Positions 29,872 through 43,135 of a stretch of 64,000 bases of DNA are shown here, piece after piece. The stretch is from Octopus vulgaris. Its lineage: Eukaryota. Each line of letters opens with the position of its first letter. Positions within the stretch are counted from its first letter, which is position 1. The stretch spans positions 62,186,001-62,250,000 of the forward strand of contig OX597831.1 of assembly GCA_951406725.2 (NCBI GenBank), in the 5' to 3' direction. Position numbers and translations under genes: made by a program. The notes beneath the pieces are model-generated. The model had not been told where the DNA came from. It saw only the letters and a list, made by a program, of their open reading frames with translations, and did not search any database.

Positions 29872-30283
29872 CTTATTTCTTTATTGCCCACAAGGGGCTA
29901 AACATAGAGGGAACAAACAAGGACAGACAAATAGATTTAGTCGATTATATCGACCCCTGTGCGTAACTGGTACTTATTTAATCGACCTCGAAATGATGAA
30001 AGGCAAAGTCAACCACGGCGGAATTTGAACTCAGAACGTAACGGCAGACGAAATACCTATTTCTTTACTACCCACAAGGGGCTAAACACAGAGAGGACAA
30101 ACAAGGACAGACAAATAGATTTAGTCGATTATATCGACCCCAGGTCGTAACTGGCGCTTAATTTATCGACCCCTAAAGGATGAAAGGCAAAGTCGACCTC
30201 GGCGGAATTTGAACTCAGAACGTAGCTGCAGACGAAATACCGCTAAGAATTTCTCCCGGCGTGCTAACGATTCTGCCAACTCC
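29872..30283 (-). mobile_element. Two tandem SINE family C copies
   Basis: Repeated CCCACAAGGGGCTAAACA..GGCGGAATTTGAACTCAGAACGTA blocks at 29872-30059 and 30056-30283. Confidence 0.85.
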
Positions 30284-30864
30284 CAAACCTTAATTATATA
30301 AATGATAACGGTCATCAGAAATATGAATAAAGAATCTGTAAATATGGGTAATGCAAATGGAGGTAGAGAAAACAAATGTCACAATAACAAACCAAAATGA
30401 GAAAAAAAGGCGAATAAACACTATGGAAAAATGTTATGAAGAACTGTTATAATGAGTCAAACGAGAGAAGCAACGATAGAAAATGTAAATGCTTCAAGAG
30501 TATAAACACATTCAATTCTGATTCTGGGAATGATAAAGATTTGAGAATGCAATCGGTGTTATTGTTAAAATTACGTTCACGGTGATCTGCAATGTTTATT
30601 GGTCGTAATGTAAGAAGTTACATCAAGCGGCAGTTTGATCAAAAATGTTTCTGATATGTTGATTCAATCGGGTGTTGAACGATATAATTTCGGAAACAGT
30701 TGTATAGAGTATGTGTTTTAAAATTAAGAGTTTCAAAATTTATAAAGATGCAAAAGTTTGACGCACACGCGTCGCGCGCGCACAGATATGCACACACACT
30801 CACACATGTATATGATATGTATGTGTGTGTCTACCTTTGTGTGTGTGTAGATGCGCGCTTATCT

Positions 30865-31286
30865 CTTTTCTCTTTCTCTTTTACTTGTTTCAGTCATTTG
30901 ACTGTGGCCATGCTGGAGCACCGCCTTTAGTCGATTAAATCGACCCCGGGACTTATTCTTTGTAAGCCCAGTACTTATTCTATCGGTCTCTTTTGCCGAA
31001 CCGCTAAGTGACGGGGACGTAAATATACCAGCCAGCATCGGTTGTCAAGCAATGTTAGGGGGACAAACACAGACACACAAACACATACACACACATACAT
31101 ATATATATATATATACATATATACGACAGGCTTCTTTCAGTTTCCGTCTACCAAATCCACTCACAAGGCATTGGTCGGCCCGGGGCTATAGCAGAAGACA
31201 CTTGCCCAAGATGCCACGCAGTGGGACTGAACCCGGAACCATGTGGTTGGTTAGCAAGCTACTTACCACACAGCCACTCCTGCGCC
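30865..31286 (-). mobile_element. Full-length SINE family B
   Basis: Minus head GGCGCAGGAGTGGCTGTGTGGTAAG..GGTTCAGTCCC, internal (TA/TG)n, 3' GGCGGTGCTCCAGCATGGCCACAGTCAAATGACTGAAACAAGTAAAAG. Confidence 0.88.
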
Positions 31287-31391
31287 TTATATATATATAT
31301 AAAATAGAAAATGGGACAAGAACGCAAAACATGTATTTTATATATATATATATATATATATAGCGGCGTACGGACACTTTGATCTCTTATA

Positions 31392-31425
<34 letters not shown>

Positions 31426-31470
31426 CGACGTACGGACACTTTGATCTCTTATATATATATATATATATAT

Positions 31471-32990
31471 AATTACATTATATAAAAGGGCTTAGTAAAA
31501 TAAATTACTTCGCCGCATACTGAACTCATTAGAAATAGCAGCTAAAAAACTTTTTTAAAGCTATTTCTAATACTTAAAGAAAATCTCTCTCATATATAGC
31601 GTTTGCTTAATTCAACTCACAAAAGTTTGGGGGTAAGGACATCAAAAAATCAAGTGCTAAGGTTATTTGAGTACGTACGTTTCAAGATTAGTCAAAACAA
31701 CATTTCTATCTTCAGCTCAGAAATTCCTTGGTTTGGATTTGGAAACACTGAAAGTAAGAACATACCCTTTCGAAGATTCGCTCGTTACTAACAGTGCCAA
31801 CAAACCCAAAATAAGCAAGTGAAGAATTTCTGTTCTCCCCTTTCCACCAGCGTGGGTTAAAATCATCAAACGCTATGCTTATTTCGGTAAAATCCAAAGC
31901 ATTAATTAGAGGGAGATTAATTATAATTTCAACAATTGAGGGTAAAATTAATTAATTATTAATCAATTTCACCAAGTGTTCAGTATGCAAAGGGACCATT
32001 TAAGGCGAATTCAAATTATTACATTATATAAAAGGGCTTAGTAAAATAAATTACTTCGCCGCATACTGAACTCATTAGAAATAGCAGCTAAAAAACTTTT
32101 TTAAAGCTATTTCTAATACTTAAAGAAAATCTCTCTCATATATAGCGTTTGCTTAATTCAACTCACAAAAGTTTGGGGTAAGGACATCAAAAAATCAAGT
32201 GCTAAACTTTTGTGAGTTGAATTAAGCAAACGCTATATATGAGAGAGATTTTCTTTAAGTATTAGAAATAGCTTTAAAAAAGTTTTTTAGCTGCTATTTC
32301 TAATGAGTTCAGTATGCGGCGAAGTAATTTATTTTACTAAGCCCTTTTATATAATGTAATAATTTGAATTCGCCTTAAATGGTCCCTTTGCATACTGAAC
32401 ACTTGGTGAAATTGATTAATAATTAATTAATTTTACCCTCAATTGTTGAAATTATAATTAATCTCCCTCTAATTAATGCTTCGGATTTTACCGAAATAAG
32501 CATAGCGTTTGATGATTTTAACCCACGCTGGTGGAAAGGGGAGAACAGAAATTCTTCACTTGCTTATTTTGGGTTTGTTGGCACTGTTAGTAACGAGCGA
32601 ATCTTCGAAAGGGTATGTTCTTACTTTCAGTGTTTCCAAATCCAAACCAAGGAATTTCTGAGCTGAAGATAGAAATGTTGTTTTGACTAATCTTGAAACG
32701 TACGTACTCAAATAACCTTAGCACTTGATTTTTGATGTCCTTACCCCAAACTTTTGTGAGTTGATTAAGCAAACGCTATATATGAGAGAGATTTTCTTTA
32801 AGTATTAGAAATAGCTTTAAAAAAGTTTTTAGCTGCTATTTCTAATGAGTTCAGTATGCGGCGAAGTAATTTATTTTACTAAGCCCTTTTATATAATGTA
32901 ATAATTTGAATTCGCCTTAAATGGTCCCTTTGCATACTGAACACTTGGTGAAATTGATTAATAATTAATTAATTTTACCCTCAATTGTTG

Positions 32991-32994
<4 letters not shown>
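31471..32994. mobile_element. 1.5-kb palindrome of a 546-bp hammerhead-bearing tandem unit, family F7
   Basis: Left arm 31471-32174 (period 546), loop 32175-32203, right arm 32204-32994 is a near-identical reverse complement; hammerheads at 31668-31719 (-) and 32659-32710 (+); (TA)n on both sides. Confidence 0.85.
32659..32710 (+). ncRNA. Minimal type I hammerhead ribozyme motif
   Basis: TGAG-CTGAAGA-tAGA..TCTt-GAAAC-GTAC-GTA-CTCA; ACGTACGT palindromic stem III, GUA triplet; stem II is weak. Confidence 0.7.
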
Positions 32995-33061
<67 letters not shown>

Positions 33062-33063
33062 TA

Positions 33064-33815
33064 GTAGCAGCATAGCCCGGCGTTGCGCGGGTATGTAAGA
33101 AACTTTGTCGATAAGCAATGCCCTTTACCTTTTTACCCTTTTTTGTACTCATTGAACCGTTATTTTGTAAAATGAAGCCTAAAAGGCATTAAGGCATTCA
33201 AGGCACCGTTTCCTTGCATGCATGAATAAGTAGGAAAAATCTATGTGAGCTTTCCAAAAATATCGCAGAAAAATCGGTTTGTATGTGTGCCACATATGAT
33301 GTAATTAACCTATTTTTTCCAGTAATAACGTATCCTATTGGAATCAAAAGGGCTGTATAGCTTCTTTGATCAGACATGATGCTCGCTGTGAATTTCAAAA
33401 AAAGTCCTGCCAATTTGATAAAGATATTGTCGAAAATATGTCATCTTGAATTTGAACGCGATTTCCCAAAATGGCATGATTTTATCGATTTGTTCTGATG
33501 GTAAGGTATTGCATGAAAAACTAATGTCAGAATTAAGTTCCTTAAGGTAACATTAAGCTTCACCATGAGTTTGGTGAAAATCGATTGCAAGTTGTGAAAA
33601 CTAGAACAGAAAATGTGTTGCATATGATAAGCTTAGATTCTCGACCCCATGTCGAATTTATCGATGATTTTCAGAACTGGAGGAATTTTTCAAACTTTTT
33701 ACTGTGTTAGTTTTGAATTATGACATTGGGCTATGTGTGTGTCAAGTTTCATTAGAATCGGATGAAAGCCGTGGTCAGGGTGAGGGTACAACCTGACAGA
33801 CAGACAACAGACTAC

Positions 33816-33825
<10 letters not shown>
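33064..33825 (-). mobile_element. Non-autonomous Helitron-like element
   Basis: Minus 5' TATATATAAAAGGTAGTCTG..; 3' CCCGCGCAACGCCGGG hairpin then CTAC, similar to the Helitron end at 1370-1397. Confidence 0.7.
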
Positions 33826-33885
<60 letters not shown>

Positions 33886-34763
33886 GCATATATATGCATG
33901 TATATATATATATATAACTATATTTATGTTTCTTCAAATGATATTTGGATTCCGTAGCTGGTACGTACAAGTTCTAAGTATAATTAGAGAATTGTTATAT
34001 TCGGTTCGATAAGGAACCTTCCAGACGTTTGGTAATTATTTTTTTTTTCCGAGAGACAGTTATTAACTTCAAAGAAGTGCAAAATTCTAATCTTCAAAGT
34101 AGGATCCTCAGATTTCAATGGACTTGTAGTGCTCCAGTCACTTACTGAAGGTCTTGTATAACGGTTCCGAAGTGAAAGGGATCAGGACTCTTGTGAAAAC
34201 CTTTATCCTCTTCTTTAGCTAAAAGTCACAGGCAATAATATGAACTGATTGGTGAACCCTACCCAAAAGTGTTTACATTATAGCGCGTATAGCAGAGAAG
34301 ATCCTCATATCAATACATTTTCAAACAATATTCACACCAGATGATAAATATATATTATATGCAGTTGCGTCCACAAAAGCTTCTTGAAGCACCGGAACAT
34401 CCTAAGACTACGTGAGTAAAAGCATGCACACATAACATTTTCATCAGTACTGAAAATAGAACATGAAATTACATATAATTGAACATATAATCGAACTCGC
34501 TATACACATTTACATGTACACTCGGTGACATTTTCAATCCATTACATTTCTACGACTATTTCCTTACATCAGAATGGCGCGATAATTGACGATGCAGTCG
34601 ACACAGTACAATCCCCTTCTCGACATTTAGCATGTTTTAATCATTTCCACATAGGATTTCTAAAATCTCATTTTCATTTTTGAGACTTTTTCTATTATTG
34701 CTCTTCTGCAGCCATATGTATGCATGCATGTATGTATTTATGTATGTATGTATATATGTACGC

Positions 34764-34853
<90 letters not shown>

Positions 34854-35039
34854 ATATATATATATATCAATCAATCTATCGATCTATCTATCTATCTATC
34901 TGTGTGTCTATCTGTCTGCCTGTTTGACTGTCTGTATAAGTGTATGTATGTGTATTTGTGTGTGTAGAAAGAGCGACCTACCTGGTTTGACACTGGCACT
35001 CGTTTAGAAATATCCTGTGATTTCATGAAGAGGAGACAC

Positions 35040-35155
35040 TCACATACACACGTGCGCACATATCGAGGGTCTACTTCAGTTTCTTTCAAGCAAATTCCCT
35101 CGGAAGATTTTGGCCAGCCTGGGGCTAAAGGAGAAGACGCTTGTCCAAAGATCAT
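35040..35155 (-). mobile_element. Degenerate SINE family B fragment
   Basis: CTTCAGTTTC..CAAATTC..TTTGGCCAGCCTGGGGCTA..AGAAGAC.CTTG.CCAA. Confidence 0.55.
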
Positions 35156-35362
35156 GCTTTGAATGTAAGAACAAAAAATATATATTTTCGAAAATATAAG
35201 GACACAGATATTGTGTCGTATAGCCTGCTGGAAACAATGTTTTCTGCGGCTAAACTACAGTAGCAATCGTCCCTTCCGGGACAACCACATTCAGTTGGCA
35301 AATATTCTTTACTTCAAATAACTCTTACTGAATATTTCTATTATGTATATTATATTTATATA

Positions 35363-35483
<121 letters not shown>

Positions 35484-35537
35484 CGTTTAAATATTTGTTG
35501 TGCAAGATTTTTTATGTGAAGTCGTGTGTTGAAACAG

Positions 35538-36163
35538 ATATTGTTATATTTAGGAATGGTCATTTTGCCAGTTTAGCCAATAAAAACACACGCACTATAT
35601 ATTTGGTGTTACTTTGCTTCAATGTTATTTATTTATTTTTTACATCAATCTTAATCTTATTTCGGCCACAGTTCTTTTGTCACACTCCTGTGACCGCATC
35701 AGTGGTCCTTTGTTTTCTTCTTACTTATTTGTGTCTCTCCTTACTAACCGTCAGCCATTTTGTATTTCTATTGTATGTCTTCATTTGCGCATGCTTATAT
35801 CTCTATGTGCGTTTATGTTTATTTAGTGTGTGTATGTGGGGGATGCCTGTAATATTTGTATCTTCTACAAATATCTACAAATATTACAGGCATCCCCACA
35901 TACACACACTAAATAAACATAAACGCACATAGCGATATAAGCATGCGCAAATGAAGACATACAATAGAAATACAAAATGGCTGACGGTTAGTAAGGAGAA
36001 GACACAAATAAGTAAGTGTGACGAAAGAACTCTGGCCGAAATAAGATTAAGATTAATGTAAAAAATAAATAAATAACACTGAAGCAAAGTAACACCAAAT
36101 ATATAGTGCGTGTGTTTTTATTGGCTAAACTGGCAAAATGACCATTCCTAAATACAACAATAT
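35538..36163. mobile_element. Fold-back element, family F8, with partial hammerhead-like core
   Basis: Arms 35538-35860 / 35876-36163; minus CTGATGC-GGTCACAG..CTGTGGCC-GAAA at 35660-35702; the core is deleted from the right arm. Confidence 0.7.
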
Positions 36164-37064
36164 TATATATATATATCCATATATATATATATGTACGTAT
36201 ATATGTATATATATGCATGACACATCATTTGTGTTTACATTTTGTAATTACACCACAAAGACCCACCTCTGATTCAGGTCTATGGTTTAAATTGAGCTTC
36301 TTTTTTTGCGTATCTGCAGTATCCTATTAACACGTAATGCGTTTAATGTTGTTTATTTGAATGTGAGTTGTACGAGTTGGATTGTCTAAATTCTTATGAA
36401 TACGTATATAACAAAATTATATCTACATATGTATGTGTCTGTCCGTGCGTGTCTGTGTGTTTGTGTGTGTGTCTGTGTGTGTGTGTGTGTATGTGTGTGT
36501 GTGTTAGTAAATGCGTCCAGGGAAACGATTAGCAGCATTTCGTCCATCTTTACTTTCTCATTTCAAATTCAGCCGTGGTCGACTTTACCCTTCTGTGTCG
36601 ATAAAATAAGTGCCAGTAAATCATATTACCAATCTGTTCAAGATACCAATTTCATCTGAAATTGTTACTGGATGCACTCCTATGGCATTATGCACATGTT
36701 ACTTATGAATATTGCTTAAACGTCTGTTATGTCATTTTGAAGAATCTGTCGAGATAAAACATTACATCTCTATATAATTTCGATATCTTTATTACATTTC
36801 TGTGCTTCAAATTTCATAAAATATTATAAGACTTTCTAATCACGCTTAGTAAAAAGTACTAGCCTAATATGTTTTGTCATTATATGAACAAATAACTCGC
36901 TGTTGTAAAATCGAAAACAACAAATTCAACGAGATAACGTATTTCATAATACATAGTTATAGTGGATACAAAAGTGACACTAACAACAAATCACAACATA
37001 TTTGTACACACTCATACATACAGACACTTGCATGTATATATACGTATGTGTGTATTATGTATGC

Positions 37065-37097
<33 letters not shown>

Positions 37098-37100
<3 letters not shown>

Positions 37101-38355
37101 GGCCTTTCCCGGGATTAAGTTACGATTATTAAGCTAATCAAGTTCCTTATTTCAAACCAAACTAAGTAATATCGGCGTCAAATTTGGGCAGAATCCGTTT
37201 GATGAAAATGTTTGATGAAAATGTGTGATTAAAATGTTTGATAAAAATGTCTGATGAATATGTTTGATGAAAATGTTTGGTCGACATGTATGATGAAAAT
37301 GTTCGATGTAAATGATGAAAATGTCTGGTCAAAATGTTTAATGAAAATGTGTGAAGAAAATGTTTGATGGGAATATTTGATGTACATGTTTGATGAAAGT
37401 GTCTGATGAAAATGTTCGATGAATATGTTTGAAAATGTTTGATGAAAATGTTTGATTAAAATGTTTGAAGGTAATGTCTGACGAAAATGTTTGATGAAAA
37501 TGTTTGATGAACATGTTTGATGTAAATATCTAATGAAAATGTTTGATTAAAATCTTTCATGATGAAAATGTCTCTATTAAAACAACTGATGAAAATGTCT
37601 GATGATAATGTTTGATGAAAATCTTTGATGAATTTGTGTGATGAAAATGTCTGATAACAATGTTTGATGAAAATGTTTTATGAAAATGTGTGATTAAAAT
37701 GTTTGATGAACATGTCTGATGAATATGTTTGATGAAAATGTTTGGTCGACATGTATGATGAAAATGTTTGATGAATATATTCGATGAAAATGATGAAAAT
37801 GTCTGGTGAAATAGTATGATGAAAACGATGATGAAAATGTGTGAAGAAAATGTTTGATGAGAATATTTGATGAAAATGTTCGATGAATATGTTTGAAAAT
37901 GTTTGATGAAAATGTTTGATGATAATGTGTGATGAAAATGTTTGATGAAAATGTCTGGTGAAAATGTTTGATGAAAATGTTTGATGAAACTGATGAAAAT
38001 GTTTGATGAAAATGTTTGATGAAAATGTTTGATGAAAATGCTTGATGAAAATGCTTGATGAAAATGTTTGATGAAAATGTTTGATGAAAATGTTTGATAG
38101 AAATGTCTGATGAAAATGTTTGATGAAAATGTTTGATGAAAATGTCTGATGAAAATGTCGGGGGAAATAGTGGAGAAGATATGATATTGCTGTGGGGTCG
38201 ACCTAGGGAAAAAGTTAAGATATTTTTGCCGATGACACTCCCCGGTCCTTAAGTAAGGCATGTGTAAAATTTGAATGAAATTAGTTGTGTAGTTCTCAAG
38301 TTTTAGGGAAACACACTGACAGACAGACAGACAGACACACATTCTCAGTTTTATA
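37098..38355 (-). mobile_element. Non-autonomous Helitron-like element carrying an internal 13-bp minisatellite
   Basis: Minus 5' TATATAAAACTGAGAATGTGTGTCTGTCTG resembles the 33064-33825 element end; (TA)n on both sides. Confidence 0.6.
37197..38158. repeat. Minisatellite (TTTGATGAAAATG)n, about 70 degenerate units
   Basis: Direct inspection; variant blocks are duplicated (37200-37450 resembles 37665-37920). Confidence 0.95.
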
Positions 38356-38436
38356 TATATATATATATATACTTAAATGTATACGTCCTTACATAAACAT
38401 ATAGGTATATACACATATACACGTATCTATCTATCC

Positions 38437-38498
<62 letters not shown>

Positions 38499-38500
38499 AA

Positions 38501-39260
38501 TTTAAAGTAGAGGAAATAGCTAAGGTTCTTTGGCTTCTATTTCTAAACTTCAGTATGTGGTAAAGCAAATCTTTTGCTGAACCATAATCATAAAATATTA
38601 CTTAAGTTTACCGAGAAATGTTCCTTTTTCATGCCGAATTCTACTTGGTGAAGTTATTAATTACTAGTTTTATTAATTAATTTTCCCTTTGTTATTATTG
38701 ATAATATAATTTTCTCCCGGATTTTTTCTGTAGTATTTTTACTTGACGACACACGTGGATGGGCAGTGGTAGGTGATGAACCTCATTCGTATATTTTGAA
38801 TTTGACGGTACTGGACGTTGAATATGATCTGTCTGATACTGTTAGTTGGAGAGGTATATTCAATTCTTCCAGTGCCTTCGGATTTAATATTGTGAAGTCC
38901 GATGCAAAAGAGGAAAATATTTCGGTAAAGTATAAATTCTACATTCTTTATACCGAACTAATTCCGAAACGCGTACATGGGTAATCAAATATCGATTGAT
39001 TTTCGTCATTTTCCACTCTGCCTGCGTGGATTGTTTTCGAGTACTTTGTTTTTGTCTGGGAATCTCTTTTTAAAGTAGAGGAAATAGCTAAGGTTCTCTG
39101 GCTGCTATTTCTAGACTTCGGTATGTGGTAAAGTAAATCTTTGCTGAACCCTAATTATAAAATATTACTTAAGTTTACCGGGAAATGGTCATTTTTCATG
39201 CCGAATTCTACTTGGTGAAATTATTGATTACTAGTTAATTAATTTTACCCTTTGTCATTA
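38501..39260 (+). mobile_element. LTR-like partial tandem element with degenerate hammerhead, family F9
   Basis: Direct repeats 38501-38697 / 39069-39260 (period 568); ATG-CAAAAGA-GGAA..(TTCGGTAAAG/CTTTATACCGAA)..TTCC-GAAAC-GC-GTA-CAT at 38902-38978. Confidence 0.75.
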
Positions 39261-39301
39261 TATATATATATATAGATATACATATATATATATATATATA
39301 C

Positions 39302-39351
<50 letters not shown>

Positions 39352-40939
39352 CGTGTGTGTGTGTGTGTGTGTGTAAATACTCACACATGCGGAACATAAT
39401 TCGTTGATAGTCAGTCTTGTGTACAGAGGGCTATAACTCTACGTGAAACCTTCGCTGATAAAAGTTCGATGAATTACATTAAAATTTCTGTTTATATACT
39501 CCATCGCACAACGGCTGCAATATGCAATCAATATTTGATGTATGATTTTGAAGAAACTTAGCTTTTCTCCTTAGGGGATTCAGAGTTCACAACTCGTTAT
39601 TGTTGCTTACTGTGTGGGCTGGAAAATATATATGCCATCTTTTGTGAGCTTGGTTGACTTGCATTTATGAATGCCTTTCCGTTTAAACACGTTTCATGAG
39701 ATTTATAATTGCTATTTATTATCTCCCTCGTTGGGATTGCTAGATATATTATCGACATTTTTTATATTATTTTTCGTAAGTAGTATTCGCACTTAAAAAC
39801 CGATGAGTCATAGTTTCTCTCTGCGTACTGTACGTCTAATTTAGTATTATTATCAAGCTGGAGTGAAATCCGCACTCAGAGTGAATACTACAAATGCCTG
39901 GGTTGACCCAGAGAGATTATATTCCTCAAAATTGAAAATTTTTCTCAGTATTGCTTTGTGAAAGCTTTTTGGATGAATGTGTTGGATGAAGTGTTCGTGC
40001 ACTTTATCAAATTGGTTCCAGTTGACAGAGAACCATGCAGTACAAAGCAACGAGCCCCAGATGTCACAATTATTTTGTGCCACTGCATCTACTCCTAGAA
40101 TAGTAGCTGGTGTGGATCCTGTACAATCTATCGCCACCTAATCACTTCATGCAAATGATTTTCACTCATTTTTGTATCGGTAGTCTTTTGTTCACACTTA
40201 CCTGTTTTAAAATACCGGTAGCAATTCCATTCAGTGCATTCTTTTCTTTGATTGTCTTCAGTCATACTTATACCACTCCATTAATAATGCAAATATGTTC
40301 TTTAATTTAGAGATTTTGTACATACACAATTTAACAGAATTTTAAAAGGCATCATTTATATATGATCGATGGTTGAATTAGCTATTGCAAGCAATAACAT
40401 GAATTATTCTATGCAAATTACTGGAACTGAATTACTTGCAAAATATAATTAACTGTGTATATTATAACCATCACGCAACAAATTTAATCAAATTTCTTCT
40501 AAAGCCACGTACAATAGTGAAGCAACTAATAGCAGTAAGTGTATTATGTTAACATGTTGAAATAGGAGGAGTCCAACTAGAATGAGCGGAGTTAATTGAT
40601 AAAAGGCTCACCAATTACGTTTGGGAAACAAAACGAAATTAGCGAAGTTCTTTGTAGTATCAGTAATAAGTCAAAATTACATGCACGCATGCAGATAGCT
40701 TGGTATATCGACTCATTGACATATTTACTCTTGCTATAGAGCACAAGGCTCCAGTAATTTTCCTCTTATTAGTGAAAATTATCCTGCGTATATTAACATA
40801 TCTGCATTTCTGTAGACAGTAACACGTACCGTCTGACAATTTTGCATAATGATCTCTCCCTCATTCTTTTCTTTCACTCTCTCTCTCTTTCTCTCTCACA
40901 CATACGCAATACACGAATACACACACATACGTATATATA

Positions 40940-41202
40940 CGCAAGATGGGAGAAGTACGAAACGTGGTCCTTTGTTATTCGTAAGACCCGCAGAAGAGAG
41001 AGCAGGTCAACCCCCGACACCGAGAGCAAGAAACAGGAAGAAAGAGTGAGAGAAAGTTGGGGCGAAAGAGTACAACAGGGGTCGCCACTACCCCCTGCCG
41101 GAGCCTCGTATTGAGCCTCGCTCAATACACACACAAGGGAATCGAAGCCGCGATCCTCCGACCGCGAGTCCGCTGCCCTAACCACTGGGCCATTGCGCCT
41201 CC
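40940..41202 (-). mobile_element. SINE family A variant
   Basis: Head and body match 15180-15374; 3' part differs. Confidence 0.8.
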
Positions 41203-41539
41203 TTTGCTATTGCTGTTCTTGTTATGATCTTATTGTCACACTATATTCGCCGCAATATGCCAAACATGATATCACAGAAAATATTTTGGTGACCATTGCG
41301 TCGTTTATCGAGGCATAATATATATACTGTGATATTACTAAACACCCCCTTTCCTACCTGCTACTGAAGGGGCGGTATTATATGAAGATCTTGTGTTATT
41401 TCTTGTCATTTGTGTGGTAGATGTTGATGAAGTGAAACGACGGAACACAGTTGTTACCCTCGCAATAATTTTGTGCTACACCATCTATTGCAAGAATAGT
41501 ACAGTTGATCCTTTACAAGCTATCAAAACCTAAACAATT

Positions 41540-41630
41540 TTCTTCTTCTTCTTCTTCTTCTTCTTCTTCTTCTTCTTCTTCTTCTTCTTCTTCTTCTTCT
41601 TCTTCTTCTTCTTCATCTTCTTCTTCTTCT

Positions 41631-41665
<35 letters not shown>

Positions 41666-41675
41666 TTCCTCTTCT

Positions 41676-41707
<32 letters not shown>

Positions 41708-41761
41708 TTCTTCTTCTTCTTCTTCTTCTTCTTCTTCTTCTTCTTCTTCTTCTTCTTCTTC
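41540..41761. repeat. (CTT)n microsatellite
   Basis: Direct inspection. Confidence 0.95.
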
Positions 41762-42305
41762 TCCTCTACCACCATCATTATTATCACGAACATCGACTGC
41801 AAAGTTATCTTCATATGAATATAAATCCAAATGACCAAAATTAATATGAAAATCACCATTTATTCGCTTTAGACGGGATCTAAATGCCATTTAGACAGTA
41901 TCTACGTGTCTGCTCCATACAGCTAACTCAAAAATCTAAAGGACTCAAAAATCCTCCTCCAATTATAAGAGAAGTTGGTCACGACTATAGCATGCAAAAT
42001 AATCGGTTTTTACTGTTCAGGTCAAAGCAGGTGTTAAAGTCTCATTCGAACACTATCACCAATATCTTCAGCGTCAAAGGCAACTCCTGTCTTGGCGTCA
42101 TCAATTTGTACTCTTATACTTTTGACTATTTTTTCTCATGATAGGCGTAGGAGTGGCTGTGTAGTAAGTAACTTGCTTACGAACCACATGGTTCCGGGTA
42201 CAATCGCACTGCGTGGCACCTTGGGCAAGTGTCTTCTAGTATAGCCTCGGGCCAACCAAAGTCTTGTGAGTGGATTTGGTACATGGAAACTGAAAGAAGC
42301 CTATC

Positions 42306-42357
<52 letters not shown>

Positions 42358-43135
42358 ATGAAAATAGTAATGCAATACGAGAGTATTGCTTTCCAGTAAA
42401 GAATAGCCCGTGAGGGTAAAATTATACATAAAAGTAAATAAATGGTACAACGAAGCACCGGTATTTACTGGAAAATAGCGAACGTAATAAATACGACGCT
42501 AATGTATAGCTTCACTGCGCATGTACTAGCTTTTTCATTTTTCAGATGTTCTTCCTAGAGGTAAGACAATTTTTTTCATGTTTGTTGCACACACGCATCT
42601 TTACTAGTACATACACAATGAAGCTATACATTAGCGTCGTATTTATTACGTTCGCTATTTTCCAGTAAATACCGGCACTTCGTTGTACCATTTATTTACT
42701 TTTATGTATAATTTTACCCTCACGGGCTATTCTTTACTGGAAGGCAATACTCTCGTATTGCATTACTATTTTCATTGAAACTGTTTCACTGTTCTCGCTC
42801 TCTTAACGTGTTAGCGTTCAGACGAGTGTACTGGCATAGATGTGGCAACATTTGAAATATTGTTGAGGTTTATGCAGCTGATGAGGATAAATCAAATATA
42901 CTTTTGGCATTCGTATTTTGAAAAATCCGAAACCGGTACTGCATTATCCGTTATCTAGGTTTTTCATTTTTCAGATGTTTTTCCTAGAGGTAAGACAATT
43001 TTTTTCATGTTTGTTGCACACACGCATCTTTACTAGTACATATGCAGTGAAGCTATACATTAGCGTCATATTTATTACGTTCGCTATTTTCCAGTAAATA
43101 CCGGAGCTTCGTTGTACCATTTATTTACTTTTATG

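Noticed and set aside
37197-38158. Regular repeats resembling a CRISPR array; also many CTGATGA words
   Set aside because: Contiguous 13-bp units without unique spacers; CTGATGA here has no stem II or GAAA-NUH context, so it is not a ribozyme
39853-40290. 94-aa ORF on the minus strand as a host gene
   Set aside because: No recognisable domain; faint similarity to the mariner WVPRxL region suggests an old transposase relic, but it is too weak to call
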